A DNA stretch of 63,747 nt, filler included, from Klebsormidium nitens (GCA_000708835.1; 5 parts of 5 records of this genome joined end to end with filler, not necessarily neighbours in it); one strand, 5' to 3'; shown: positions 50,201-62,115, counted from the whole stretch's first letter. Notes: a model not told the origin generated them from the sequence alone. A program made the numbers and translations.

Positions 50201-50973
50201 CGACCAGAGTTGGAAGAAGCCGGAAAGAGGGTTCACGTCCATGCAAGCGAAGCGCTGCAACATCAGGCTGAATNNNNNNNNNNNNNNNNNNNNNNNNNNN
50301 NNNNNNNNNNNNNNNNNTTAATTAATTAANNNNNNNNNNNNNNNNNNNNNNNNNNNNNNNNNNNNNNNNNNNNCTGCTTCCACAAGCTACCTAGGGTGCC
50401 TACCGGGTGTATCGATATCGACAGAAACCGTCGGAAATTTGTTCGCGGTATGTTACGTCAATGTCGCGACGCGGCTATTTGAGTGACACCATTTGCCGGC
50501 AATTTGATACGTCGCGCGTGACGGCTGGTATCAAAACCGGCGATCCAATCGGTAACGATTGTGTCACAAACTGTAACGCACTTGGTGGAATGCTTCGATT
50601 CGTTACAGTCGGGTGAAGTGTATCGATCCCAGATCTATCGAATCCATTTCGAAACCTTAAAAGCATGGCTTCAAGCGAATGTGCGGTTTCGAATCGAATA
50701 GCCCAGTCTAGCTCGCTTTTGCAAGTTTTGGCGGGCTTCAGCTTCGAAATCAGTGAAGCCCGGAGCGGAGCATGAGCTAAAGCCTAAAAGACAGCTTGCT
50801 GTCCAGAACGTTAGAAGGGCGCCAAGCCTTCAGCTGCCAATCCCTTTTGAAGAGATTCGGAGCTGCAGGGCTTCCGCAACAATTGCTGAGCCTGGGTCCT
50901 TCCGTTGTGCAAAACGAATCCTGGTGAAGTCTGCCTTTTTACCAGTCCACCCTGACTTTCTGCTCTAGAAGCA

Positions 50974-53203
50974 ATGATCCAGCCAGGTTGGGCAGCGCCA
51001 ATGCAGAATCAGCGAGCTTCTCTCAGCACTGGTGGCTTCTCTAGCCAATCAGCGTTTCAAACGCCATCAAGACAGCAGACCTCCGTTTCAGAAGCAAACG
51101 TGGAGCAGGGGCCTGAGACGACGTCTCCATTGAAAAAGCGCACAGACATCTCGCCAAGGCACTACTTTGAGACGCTGCTTGCCAGCCCTATGTTCAAGAG
51201 AGCTAACCTGGACTCTGCTGCAAAAGAGGATCATGGGATCAAACAGTGGTTGTTGCATAACATTGTGTGGTTCTTCATTGTGAAGAAAGGCTTGGCAGAT
51301 TTGACCAATCTGTATGCGGGAAAGCAGGATGGCATCATCATCAACAAGCTCTTCAAGCCCAAAGAAGCGACTGGTAGGTTTACATCAGGATGCTTTTGAA
51401 AGCTCAAGTGCAAACATTGCACCCTATGCAAAAGCCTTCTCTGAGCCTTTATTCTCTTACGCCTAGCTTGGGCAGATGCTTATCTGTGCTTGTCTGGACC
51501 ACTGAGTACTCAGCTAGTAGGTGAAATTGAAAGCAGGATTTAGAGTAAGTGCTTGAAGAAGTGACGGTGTTGAGTGCTATCCTGAAACCTGTGTGTCTTT
51601 TGATGCATTGTGCAGACGTTGAACCCCAGCAGACAGGCGTGCGCAGCGCCAATGGTCTGGTCGTAGACGCCCCTACTCTGGAAAGACTGGCCAATGCATC
51701 AAGCAGTGGTCGCTCGATCCGCCAGCAGCACTCTCATATCGCTCAGCAGGTGCACGGAATCCTTGACAAGAAGCGGGCTAAGTCGGCGCAGCTGGCAAAC
51801 ACCTTCAGGGATGGTGATCCTGGAGACAAAGGACTGCGCAGGAGGTTTCTGGTTTTGAACGAGAGATTTCTCAGTCCCGACGAGCGGCAATTCAGTTTTG
51901 CAAAGGAGTGGGCCACAGTGCATGATCGCGGAGTTGACCCAGAAGCCAAAAGGCTTTTCGCTGTATTTGAAACTGAGAATATTGAGGAGTTCAACTTCCT
52001 CGTAGGGCCTATGCTTGAAGGAGAGTACGGCGTCGCCCCCTGGAGTGTAAGTCCTCTAGACCATCCTGTAATGTCTCTGGTTAGTGGAATGTCCCTTGAA
52101 GCAAGCTCAGCAGTGCTCATTAGTGCTCAGCAGTGCAGTGAGTTATGCAACAATCTTACATGATGCTATACTCACCAGTTCAATTCTCTTTTTGTGATCA
52201 CATGTATCAAGTGCAGAATCAGGTTGACCAGTGTTGGGCACAGCAAAGAGTGTTATCCTGCCTGAGCTGCATCAACCTGCGCTTGTGTGTCACTAACCGG
52301 AGTGACAGTCTTCTTACTCTTGACTGCCCCCCCTTCAATTGACGCGCAACATATCTGGTTTATTCGTCTTGCAGACTCAGATCAAGGTGCTGCCCCAAAC
52401 CCCTGCCTCACACAACTTCTCTTCAGAAGAAGAGGCTGCCGCACCCGCAGCCACTGAGCTTCCGTTCTGCACGTTCGACCTCGAGGATCGCGTGGAGGTA
52501 CGTGTCTCCAGGCCATTCTGCCCTTTTGAGACCAAGAAGGAGGTGACTCTTCAAGAGTGCGACGAGCTGGAGGACGCCATCCCGCCAAAGAATCTGTTGA
52601 TTCTGGGTGGGAAGATGCCGGAGTACCTTGACTACGACTTTGACAAATTTGAACAGGGGTAAGCGTGCGATTCTACTTCATGGGTGTGATCATTCAAAAC
52701 TTTTCCCCTCCTAACCCAGGCTAGCTGGCCTGATCTTATATATGCTGCAAGCAGGCAACTTGGCTTTGAGCAAAAACCACAAGAAAGTTGCACGTACCCA
52801 AGTGGACTGTAGAGTTGACTCTAACAAGGCATCTTGAATATGTGTCAGAAGCTTTACATACGGCTTCATTGGACTGCCTTCTTTTGAGTGCCATTTGATC
52901 GTCAAGCAGCTTACTAGCTTACAGTGCTCAGATTACGTTCTCTTTGACTCATCCTTCTCATGATTAACGAGCGTTTCTTTATCCTGCAGACTCCAGCACA
53001 AGCGGAAGTACGACGAGATATCCACCACAAACTTCCCCGTCAGTGACTGGCGCAATGAAATCTCGTTGCCCTACTCAATCGACAGGAGTGAGAGTAAGCG
53101 GTCCATCCAGGCAGGAGCCTTTGTCATCTCGTTCAAGAAACGCCCGCTTGCTGAGAAGAGAAAGCTGATTTTGAACGCGGATGATGACTCGGACAATGAT
53201 TGA
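50974..53203 (+). CDS. Intact 5-exon gene, 457 aa, unknown N-terminus, probable C-terminal HSP20/alpha-crystallin-like domain
   Basis: Exons 50974-51373, 51476-51520, 51616-52046, 52375-52658, 52990-53203. All introns GT-AG, phases 1,1,0,2 consistent, total 1374 nt with no internal stop. C-terminus FDLEDRVEVRVSRP..LLILGG..WRNEISLPYSIDRSESKRSIQAGAFVISFKKR. The true start could lie upstream. Confidence 0.8.
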
Positions 53204-53949
53204 GTGCTTCTGAAGTTGCTCGTAAATTGCCATCTACACTTACAAATTCATTGCGCCATGTGATCTTGAATAGATGCAGTGTGACCAAGTGTCTTCTATG
53301 TACAACTTAGTCAGCTGTTTTCAAAGCGAGCAGCATCTAACAATTGGCTTGCTAATTCGTTAACTGCGTGCTTGCCTTTAGTTCATATATTAAGCAAACG
53401 CTATGATTTGAAAACAACCATATGATTGTTAACATGCATTGCATGTGGATCTCCGATTCAATAAAGGCACATAGCTCCTCATTGTGCATTGAATGCTATC
53501 TAGTTGACTAAACATTCGAACATGTTGCTCATAAGAACATGCCACATGATGGCCATGCGAAGAGCACGATACTAATTGTGCGAGCAGAATGAAATCAAGA
53601 GACGTGCAATCAGTTCGACTTTGCAATCATATGCAATCAGTTCGACTTTGCAATAATCACAATCATTGAAGCTTTTCTTGGCAAAGTTCGGTGAATCATA
53701 ACGCGCAAGGATCTGCCGTCTGTCCAAACTTTACACTTCCTAGCCAACAATAGGTTACATAACACACTACTGTCATATATACAAGTATGAACGAGTTTCC
53801 TAGAGACACCTTGTAGTACTGTGACAGAGGCCTAGACAGGCACTCGGGCAAAAGCTTCGAAACATTGGCTCAGGTACGGGTCCCCGTTGCCACTAGATGC
53901 ATCCTTGGTGATCACTTGCTCTCCCTCAGCAGCAGAGTGATTTTGGGCG

Positions 53950-56900
53950 GACGCAGAGCTAGTGGTGGGGTGCATGTGGCGGCGTCCATGCAAGATTCCC
54001 CTTGCCTTTGAATCGAAGTCCTACCCGAGCACCTGCCTAGAGCTCTCCATCGCAGACTACGAGATACCTCTTTTCTTTGTTCTTGGATCCTCCTCCACAC
54101 CGAGACCACGGCTCTTCTTCACAGCCTGCCAAGCCTTAGTGATTGAGTTCACAAGGATATCTTTATTCACCTTATTCTGCATCCTCCGGATCTTCGGCTC
54201 CAGAACGCTCCAAATTTCCGTGGCTTGCTTGGCCGACTCTTTCGAAAATGGTTTGCCGAACAGATCTGCAGTAAGAAAAGCACGGTCAGGTTATGTCATC
54301 TTCCTCTCTCGCTCAAATTCGGAGCCTATTACAAGTCTGAATGGAACCACCTGTCCGAATTGAAGCCGTTCTAAACCGGACTTGTCGGAACCAATCACCT
54401 TTCAGACGAAACCAGTCGCTAAATCAGCCTACTGCCTCGACCGAGCCTGTGCAACAGGCTTTAGCCAGCCTGCACATTCGAAACGCATGTATTCGAAGCA
54501 CCAAGAAATACCCCGTCCAAATCTGCACTACCCTAGTGTCCGGACAGCGACGCAAAATCGGACGCAGGCACGTGCGGCCCCGCAGAATCTCGACTTCCAA
54601 GACTGCAAGACGCCAACAAAACAAACAGCCTCGAAATTCAGAAGAGCATCGAGAACGCCCCCTCATCCCCTCAGATTTTGCACGGCCCTAGATTGGGGAC
54701 AACACCATGCCACAGATGTCGAGCGCACCACTTCGCAACACTGCAAACCCAACATACCGTCCACATTTGCAGGACGTTAGACTCCGGACAGCCTTGCAAA
54801 CTCGGACGCAGCAGCCACGTGACGCAAAGTTTGACTCGTCCACCGTTCGAATGGCAGCCCGGAATCCTCGGACAGAATAAAGCGCTGAACCGTGAACCAC
54901 TTCATTCGAACCTGGCAGCATAACCTTAGGCGACCACGTACATCTGGAGAGAGCTGAGTGCAGTAAAACAATGGAAAATCGAACCACTTTGAAGGCGACT
55001 CTCTTGCGCCACAGTGAGTCTCTTTATCAAGATGCTCACCTAGTTCCGCTTGCCGGATGCCGTTCTTGTAATACCTCGCAAGCTGGGCTTGAACGAAAAT
55101 ATCAATCACTTCGGACGAGTCGGGGATGCTCGATTTCGCCCTCTGAACAGCGCCTGTAAGAGGAACTGAACGGTAGCTCAGTGGCCCGACTCATGTAAGT
55201 TCAGAAACCACCAACAAAAGCACTCGAAAAGAACCTCTCCCAAGAGGGAGAAGCCACCCTCCCAAAGCGCTGGCGCTCGCCCGAAAGGAAACACAAGGAA
55301 CGACAAACATTTTAACAAAGGCGCAAACGAAACCGCGAACAAACACTGTGAAGTTCTGCCCCAGACCAGGGACGTTCTTTAGTATTTCAACGTTGCTCAG
55401 ATTCCAACCAGACAAATGATTAACGGTCTCTTCGAAAAAGGCAAGAGCAGTCACGTAACGCAGACCACTGTTTGCACTGAAAAGATGCTAACCCGGACGA
55501 AGGGACTGCCGCGCGCACGGAACTTGAAAAGCTGCGGTCCGTTTTCAGCTTCCATATACAAACGCAGAGAATCTTACCTGCGTATGAGAAAGTGCAGCCG
55601 GCCTCTACCGTGGCATCAACTCACACGATTTGGACCCCGACGGCCAGGTTCGCCCCCGACCCTTGAGGAATCAGGGCCTCGATTTTTGAGTGGGGGCTAA
55701 GCAGGCTAACCCCGGTACAAGGCTTTCCCCCGATGGTCACTTGTATCCGAGCGTTCACTCCGGTCCCAAAGTGGCGTCCACTGACAGCGAAGTGCCCACC
55801 CGGCGCACCTGACTTTGTACACGCCAGGACGTGCGGTCGGGAATAGGGAATTGAGGTTTCAGGGTTGGTAAGGCTAGACAACCCGTCAAGGGACACTTGA
55901 ACGAGTGCGCGGCCCCCGGCGCCGGGAGGAACTCTCACGAGCAAGGACGTGTGCTCAGCGACCAGGCGAGCGGAGGCTGGGATACCTCCTGCGAGCACAA
56001 AATAGAGAAGGTTGCGTTATTTCCTTTCACGCAACTGCGAAAAGAAGTGCCAGCAATCAGGTACGACAAAAGCCTTCATGCACAAGGCTCCAAAACTTCA
56101 GGTATATAGAAAGCGCAAGTAATAGCGTCAAGTGCTTGTCAGATGAGGGAACGACGCACTTCACTGCCTGCTTGCCCATTTAACTCAATCTTGAAGCATT
56201 CCGTGAGCTTCGGGTTCTGCAGAAAGACGGGTCAGGCTCCAAGTGCAGAAAGTGCAGAAAGATGGGTCAGAATTCAAGTCACGAAGCTTAATCACACTCA
56301 CCTACGGTCACCCTCAGCAGATCTGCAGTATTGTGAGTGCCGAAATTCAGCCCGTTGATCGTGAAACTCTCGTTTCGAGTCCAGGTTGGGAAATCTGGAG
56401 CCCCGTCTATGTGAAGCTCGGTGACGACGGGGGCTGCACAAGCAGAAGCATTAAATCCTTCACTATTTCTTTGTCCTTTCAAGCTGAGCCAACGGGCTGT
56501 TGCTCTCCTGCGTCGCTCTCCTGCAAACTGGAACAGAGAAGAAAGAAAAGCGAGCGCTTACAAGGAAAACAGGTGTGTTGGTGGCATGATCTCGATGGGG
56601 CCAGACTGAGACGCTTTTCACCATCTAAACACGGCTCTTCCTCTCAAAACCGCCCGCCTGCGCGCCAGTCCATAGGAAGATGATCAAAGAGAAAAGAAGC
56701 AACGGCGTACCTGCATAGGAGAACGGTGCCTTTGACAAGCCGGAGCGGTTGCGGAGGGTGAGATGTTTCTCGGACCCGGATCCCGGCCCCACATCATCCA
56801 CGGCCACACGGTCGGCCTGGGCGCTCACGACAGTGCACTCGACCCCGTCTGAAGCCCGAACGGACACCTCTCCCACGCCGAGGCTGGCGCCATGGAGGGT

Positions 56901-57536
56901 CAACCTCCCTCCGCTAGTGGGAAGCTCCGTAGGAACCACCCGCTCGATGGTGGGACCTGGATTGAAAACCAGTTTTCAGAAAATGTCCTGCTGAAAACCA
57001 GGGCGAAACCTTCACTCTCACGGAGCAAGCACCTACTTCTGGTGACTCAAAACTACTCGAAAAAGCTCGCGCAATCAAGAAGAAGCAGGCTGACCGTCAC
57101 CGAAAGATCTCCTTGTCTCCTTGAGAAGCGTTGGTCTATGCAGATGCGTCAAATACAAAGAAGACCGTCAACGAAATCGAGACCAGAATTCGACCACAGC
57201 TCAAGCAATATGAGACATTCGCACCTTTGTAAGCGAATCCTGGCAGCACCAAAGGCGGCAACTTGATGTCAAACACCACAGGAGCGCGCGGACTGCCGTA
57301 GCTGATGTCGACAACCGGGGTGATGGCAACCGTGAGGCGAGACCCGGAACCAGGAGGGACGGTGCAGATCAGCACCGAGTCGGACTCGACTCGGACAGAC
57401 GGGCATAGCTTGCCGTCGACGCTGGCCTCAAAGTAGAGCCCCGGAACCGGTGTCACAAAGCCTTTTCCCGTAATCGTCAGAGTCGTGCCCCCTTCCGGAG
57501 GCGCGAGAGCAGGTCGGAAGCGGCTCATTGAGAAGC
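53950..57536 (-). CDS. Multi-exon IPT/TIG (Ig-like) repeat coding region, about four repeats, with one in-frame stop
   Basis: Exons 57536-57225, 56956-56711, 56433-56302, 55988-55578, then from 55429 onward, joined by phase-1 GT-AG introns. Motifs PPEGGTTLTITGKGF..VDGKLC..LICTVPPGSG, PTSGGRLTLHGASLG, FTINGLNFG..VTVGG..VRVPPGAGG, VSGRHFG..VTIGGKPC..IPQGSG. In-frame TGA at 55621-55623. Exons below ~55000 are tentative. Confidence 0.8.
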
Positions 57537-57792
57537 CTTGAAAGAAAATCCATTCGAAGTCAGCACACAAACCTCTCTTCCTCTCAGAAAAGCACCGTTG
57601 GAGACATAGAGAGAGACTCATCAGGGCTGCAAATGATGCCACCACAGTTTCTTTGCAAAGTCAGGTCCACCTCCTCCACAAGTACCCCAAACCCGAAATG
57701 ACCACACTCACGAGTAACCAGATTATGCCCGCGCCCTATGCACGACCGTGCCTTTTAGCGACAACTCTCATAGCCAGAAACAAACAACCTAC

Positions 57793-60190
57793 CTTTCTCA
57801 AGTGCCTCACGCGACAGCCTGGCTGCAGCAAGCAACTGGCGGAGACGGTACCGGAGGCGATATCGCTTGATGACGGCGACGCTCCGCCGCCTCAAGTAGT
57901 CACCACAGGGTTGTAGATCGATCCCCCGGACCTTGAACGCTGAGCAGTACGCAGTGTGGTTTCCTTCGGCGTCTCTGCAGGAACCCCGCTCCTCCGCAAA
58001 CTGCTCACACCAACTAATCGGAGAGATGTGGTCAGCAGGAAGCGGGGCCTCCTGAAGGTGGAAATTCGGATCTCCACCTTCACGAAAGCCATCCCCGCTC
58101 AAAAGGAAGAAGATCGGCTCCGCGAAGCATTGGCAAACCTCGGAGGGGACTTTGCAGGAGCACGTATCAAGGCATTTGCAATCGCACTTTGTCTTGCAAT
58201 CTTGGCATGTACAGAAGCAGCGACACGCGCAATCTGTGGCTCTCTTCACAAGACGAGGGAAATCTAGTTCTCTCCTTGCAGCATCACTCTCATACACGAA
58301 CAAAAACTTCGAAGCGAGCCCCTTCTGATGGATTGTGCGAAGCATCTGATTGAAGAGTCTGCGCATCACACTCGTCAAACCGAAGACACAAGCGAAGATG
58401 GCCAAATGGGGAATGACCGTGGGTCGAAACGAAGAGTCAAACTTTTTCCTGCCTACAAGATTCTGCTTGCTACTGTTGATGAAGTCACGAAGGACAATGT
58501 CATGTACAAGCTCGGAAGTGCGGGTAGTGTCAATGACGTTCAGATTCTTATCACTTCGCTTAGCGTCAGCTTTGACTTGCTGGTGAGCTGACTCGCCATC
58601 CTCTTCAGACACAACGGGGAGCGGAAGATCATGATTGCTGTAGAAATCAGGAATGTGACTTATGTACAGGTGAGGATGCAACGCACGCATTTTGGGTTTT
58701 CGCAACTTCTTCTCTTGTGCCCGCACCGAAGCATCCAGGTAGGCAGTCATTGAGAAAGTCAAATTGTTGACGACGTACAAAGTACAACGCAGCCGGTCAG
58801 TGGGAGGGGAAGATCTATATATAATACAAAATGAGATCTCTAAAGTTAGGAGCGGCATCATGCCGCGGCGATCAAGCAGGTTAGCAAAAAGCTCTTCGCG
58901 GCGATTGACCAAGCGACGAATCTTTGTTACATTGTGGGCAAGTCCAATGTGACTGCCTTCTTTTTCAGCATCTTTGACGGTGATATCGGTGTTTATCAAG
59001 GCCTTATATCTATGGACCAATTCCTGGGCTCCCCCCTTTCCATCCAAAACCTCTTCAGAGTCTTCCTCTTCACCAGCCATGCGCCCAATCTCTGATCTCT
59101 GAACAGTGCCTAGAACAGCCTTTCCCATAGTTCCCAAAGAGTGCATGATTACAGGGACTGGTTCTGGACATTTCAACCTGTTGGCAGTGCAAGCCTGACT
59201 ACCCCTAAACTCCATGGGGAGCCCGACTACATGGAAGCACAGCCTTTTGATAAGAGTCAACAACTTGGCCAACCGCGACTTAAAAATTGGATTGGTGTGA
59301 CGATTGCATGCATCCAACCAAGACTGCCCCTTTTCCCTCCAACCAAACCCAGAATTTTCATCTCCAAGAATTTGGACCAACTCTTCTTTTGTTACAGCAC
59401 CCGACAAAGCTTTCTGCAGCTCAGGAAGCTTTGTCAACAAAGACGTTCCTACTTCTAGAGCTGCTTTTGCATCATCCAGAACATCTCGTGCGGCTGATGC
59501 CGACTTGCAGGCTTGCAGAGAGTCAAACGAAACAGACATAGAAAGACCAGAAAGCAGCTCCAACTGGTCTTCAAAACTGAGTTCAAGCAAGAAGTTGCCG
59601 ACTCTTGATGGAAGAGCATCATTATTTTCAACAAAAGTAGTCAAGGCAGACGTGACATTGGGAAGTGAATCTTCTGGGCAGGTGGACTCGACTCCTTGCG
59701 GGACAACGGCTGTCAAGAAACTCAAAAACTCCTGGGAAAGAATGGCGGATGCATCTGGATTATCTGAAAGAAAAGCACTGGCTGCATCGCGAAGCTTGGG
59801 AAGCTCAAGTTGCGCCACAGTTGTTATTTTCGAAATGAGCTCAATGCGTGCTGTGAGAATCTCTACGCTTTCGACCTTTGGCAGTGACTTACAAAAATCC
59901 TCACTGCAATTAGCCAAAGCGATAATGGAAGCAATATGATTGAGAAAAGTTTTCCAACAGTCTTTGTGGAGCTCAGACGAGCGGGCCTGCCCATCGTACG
60001 CAGCAACATCAAGCAACGCATATTCTACTGTACAACACGGGCACAAGATGTCAATCCCTAGATAACCATCCAACCCTTTTGCATCACCGGTCACAAAATC
60101 CACCTCTGCTCTTAACTGGGTCTCTTGTCCATCAGGATGTGCAAAACGCAAACCCACAGTGCGAATGTATCTCTCAAAAATCAGCCTCAT
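57793..60190 (-). CDS. C-terminal part of a RAG1/Transib-like DDE transposase with a Cys-rich tail
   Basis: FVTGDAKGLDGYLG (second D, ~60083), LCPCC (CxxC), IGLAHN, PHLYISH (Hx4H), VVSEEDGESAHQ (E, ~58592), then CACRCFCTCQDCKTKCDCKCLDTCSC. ORF open for 811 codons. Confidence 0.75.
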
Positions 60191-60201
60191 GTCACCTACA
60201 G

Positions 60202-62115
60202 TCAGCCTGTTTGAAAGCCCTTCTCAGTTTCCAAGCGCAACCTTTCCTCATTGGTCAAGAAGACCTCAGCCCCAAAAGCTTTGGTCTCCGAGCCAAAAGC
60301 TTCAAAGACCCGCTCAAACTTCGTCACTCTGCCCACAATGGCATCGCTGATCAATCGGACGCGGTTGAAAGCTGCAGAATGCCCAGCAACTGGCGTAGCA
60401 TCATAGAACTCAACAGCCGAAGCATGCACTGGGCCAGCAGTTGGTTGTAACCGGCCCATGGCGGCCATATCTCCAAGCACTTTCTCACCCCAGAGCCAGG
60501 GCGCTGAAAACCTTCCACCTGGTGACTTCTTGCGCACCCGCTGGACAAAAAGAATCTGCTCAACAAGCGGAGGCACAACAAAAGGCTGTCCTGATAAAGC
60601 TAGGGCCCTTTCCACATCCACATAATCAATGCTCTCAAAATTGATCTCGCTCTCAGCAAACTCTACTATCCAGGATACAGATTCTTGAGATTGACCATTC
60701 AACGCCCTAGCATTTTTTATCTCATTGTCCTTGTGTACTTTGGAAGCGGGCAGACCCTTGGCAACAAACCACGCTTGGATGTCACCTTTGACAACAGAAG
60801 GGTGAAGATCAAGCAACCGAACACATCTTTCTGCAAGTACTCTCTGGCCGCGTGCGCAGAGGTACTCTGGAGGAGAAACATGATCAATGAAGAAGCCTCG
60901 AACCAGGGTTGACAATTCTCCAGCTTGCTTTTGGATGTCACTAACAATGGGCAGAAAGTTTGGGGCGGTTTCACCCTGACTGTACCGCTTCTTGACTCGC
61001 CGATTGACCACATAGACAATGCGCAAGGGCTGACCGTGCAAGTCAACCAACCTGATGCGCACAGCAGCAGCATCTGCTGGCGTATCAAACACAAGCAAAA
61101 ATGAATTGCCCCTACCATGACTTCCGACGGCTTTGACGAAAACAACAGCTCTTGGCTTTGGCAACAGGTTTTCTTCCAAGTAGTTCTCAAGGATTTCCGA
61201 CCACACAGTGATATCTCGACTGATCTCCCGCTGATTCTCAGGATTGTTCATGAAAGAGCGAGACCAGCGAAAGACACCAGCTGATGTGCCAACCAATGAT
61301 GCAGAAAGCACTCGTGAGCAGCAACTTGGTTCAACTTTGACCAACTCGCCAGTCCGCGGGTCAGCATACTGAAAGGGCTGCCGGGCTTCATACATGACCA
61401 TCAAGCGAAGTTGGTCGTAAACATTTAAAGACTTGCAGGTCGACCAGGCTATGTACACGGCCATCTTCTGCCATCCAGCAGCTACTTCCTCACGCATGTC
61501 TTTCCTGCCTAAAGCATATGCGGCTTTCACCAACAGAGTCACACGTTTCTCAGCATCCTTCTCAGAGTCAATATCCCGCATCACCTGCCGCGTCTCATCA
61601 TTCAAATTGTAAGCATCATAATCATCTTCAGCACCCAAGTCAAGAAACTCATCCTCATCGCATGTTCCGGCTGCTGGCTTGTCATCCTCCATGAAGAGGA
61701 GGGGCTCGTCACCAGCATCTAGAGAACTAGGTGGGCTCACAGATGTCGTGAAAAGGTTGGGCAGCTCATCATCTAAAGCATCCAAGAATTCATCCTGCAT
61801 CTCTGCAGGCTGCGTCTGCTCACAGTGGTCGTTTGCTTTAGGCAAATCAGCATTATCGTCTCCAACAGCATTATCACCTTCAACATGATCTTGAGAACCC
61901 GCCAGCAAGGGACCACACTGCCAGCACCCAGTCACACTTGGCGCAAACCACAGATCACAAACAGCATCAGGTTCAACCATGGAGTCCCTTGAAATTTGTT
62001 GGACAATGTTGCCTTTACATTTCTTGGCAGCTGAAACTCGAGCTAGAGCACGCCACAATGAGTCAGGCGTCTGATACTTGTGTGGTATGTCACCAGCACC
62101 CAGCACAAAATGCAT
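60202..62115 (-). CDS. N-terminal part of the same transposase gene: acidic linker, two RRM-like domains, first catalytic D
   Basis: GRGNSFLLVFDTPADAAAVRIRLVDLHGQPLRIVYV and CVRLLDLHPSVVKGDIQAWF..WIVEFA..VERALALSGQPF..ILFVQR are RRM-like. VEFYDATP (D, ~60400)..FGSETKAF. Needs a -1 shift or a short intron near 60200 to join the next ORF. Confidence 0.65.
   Translation of the reverse strand: MHFVLGAGDIPHKYQTPDSLWRALARVSAAKKCKGNIVQQISRDSMVEPDAVCDLWFAPSVTGCWQCGPLLAGSQDHVEGDNAVGDDNADLPKANDHCEQTQPAEMQDEFLDALDDELPNLFTTSVSPPSSLDAGDEPLLFMEDDKPAAGTCDEDEFLDLGAEDDYDAYNLNDETRQVMRDIDSEKDAEKRVTLLVKAAYALGRKDMREEVAAGWQKMAVYIAWSTCKSLNVYDQLRLMVMYEARQPFQYADPRTGELVKVEPSCCSRVLSASLVGTSAGVFRWSRSFMNNPENQREISRDITVWSEILENYLEENLLPKPRAVVFVKAVGSHGRGNSFLLVFDTPADAAAVRIRLVDLHGQPLRIVYVVNRRVKKRYSQGETAPNFLPIVSDIQKQAGELSTLVRGFFIDHVSPPEYLCARGQRVLAERCVRLLDLHPSVVKGDIQAWFVAKGLPASKVHKDNEIKNARALNGQSQESVSWIVEFAESEINFESIDYVDVERALALSGQPFVVPPLVEQILFVQRVRKKSPGGRFSAPWLWGEKVLGDMAAMGRLQPTAGPVHASAVEFYDATPVAGHSAAFNRVRLISDAIVGRVTKFERVFEAFGSETKAFGAEVFLTNEERLRLETEKGFQTG

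Noticed and set aside
21183-50273. Many 60-210 aa ORFs in the array, e.g. MASE..WG..PEAP..IATCSR
   Set aside because: Frames are not conserved between paralogous blocks, indels are not multiples of 3, and no recognisable domains are present.
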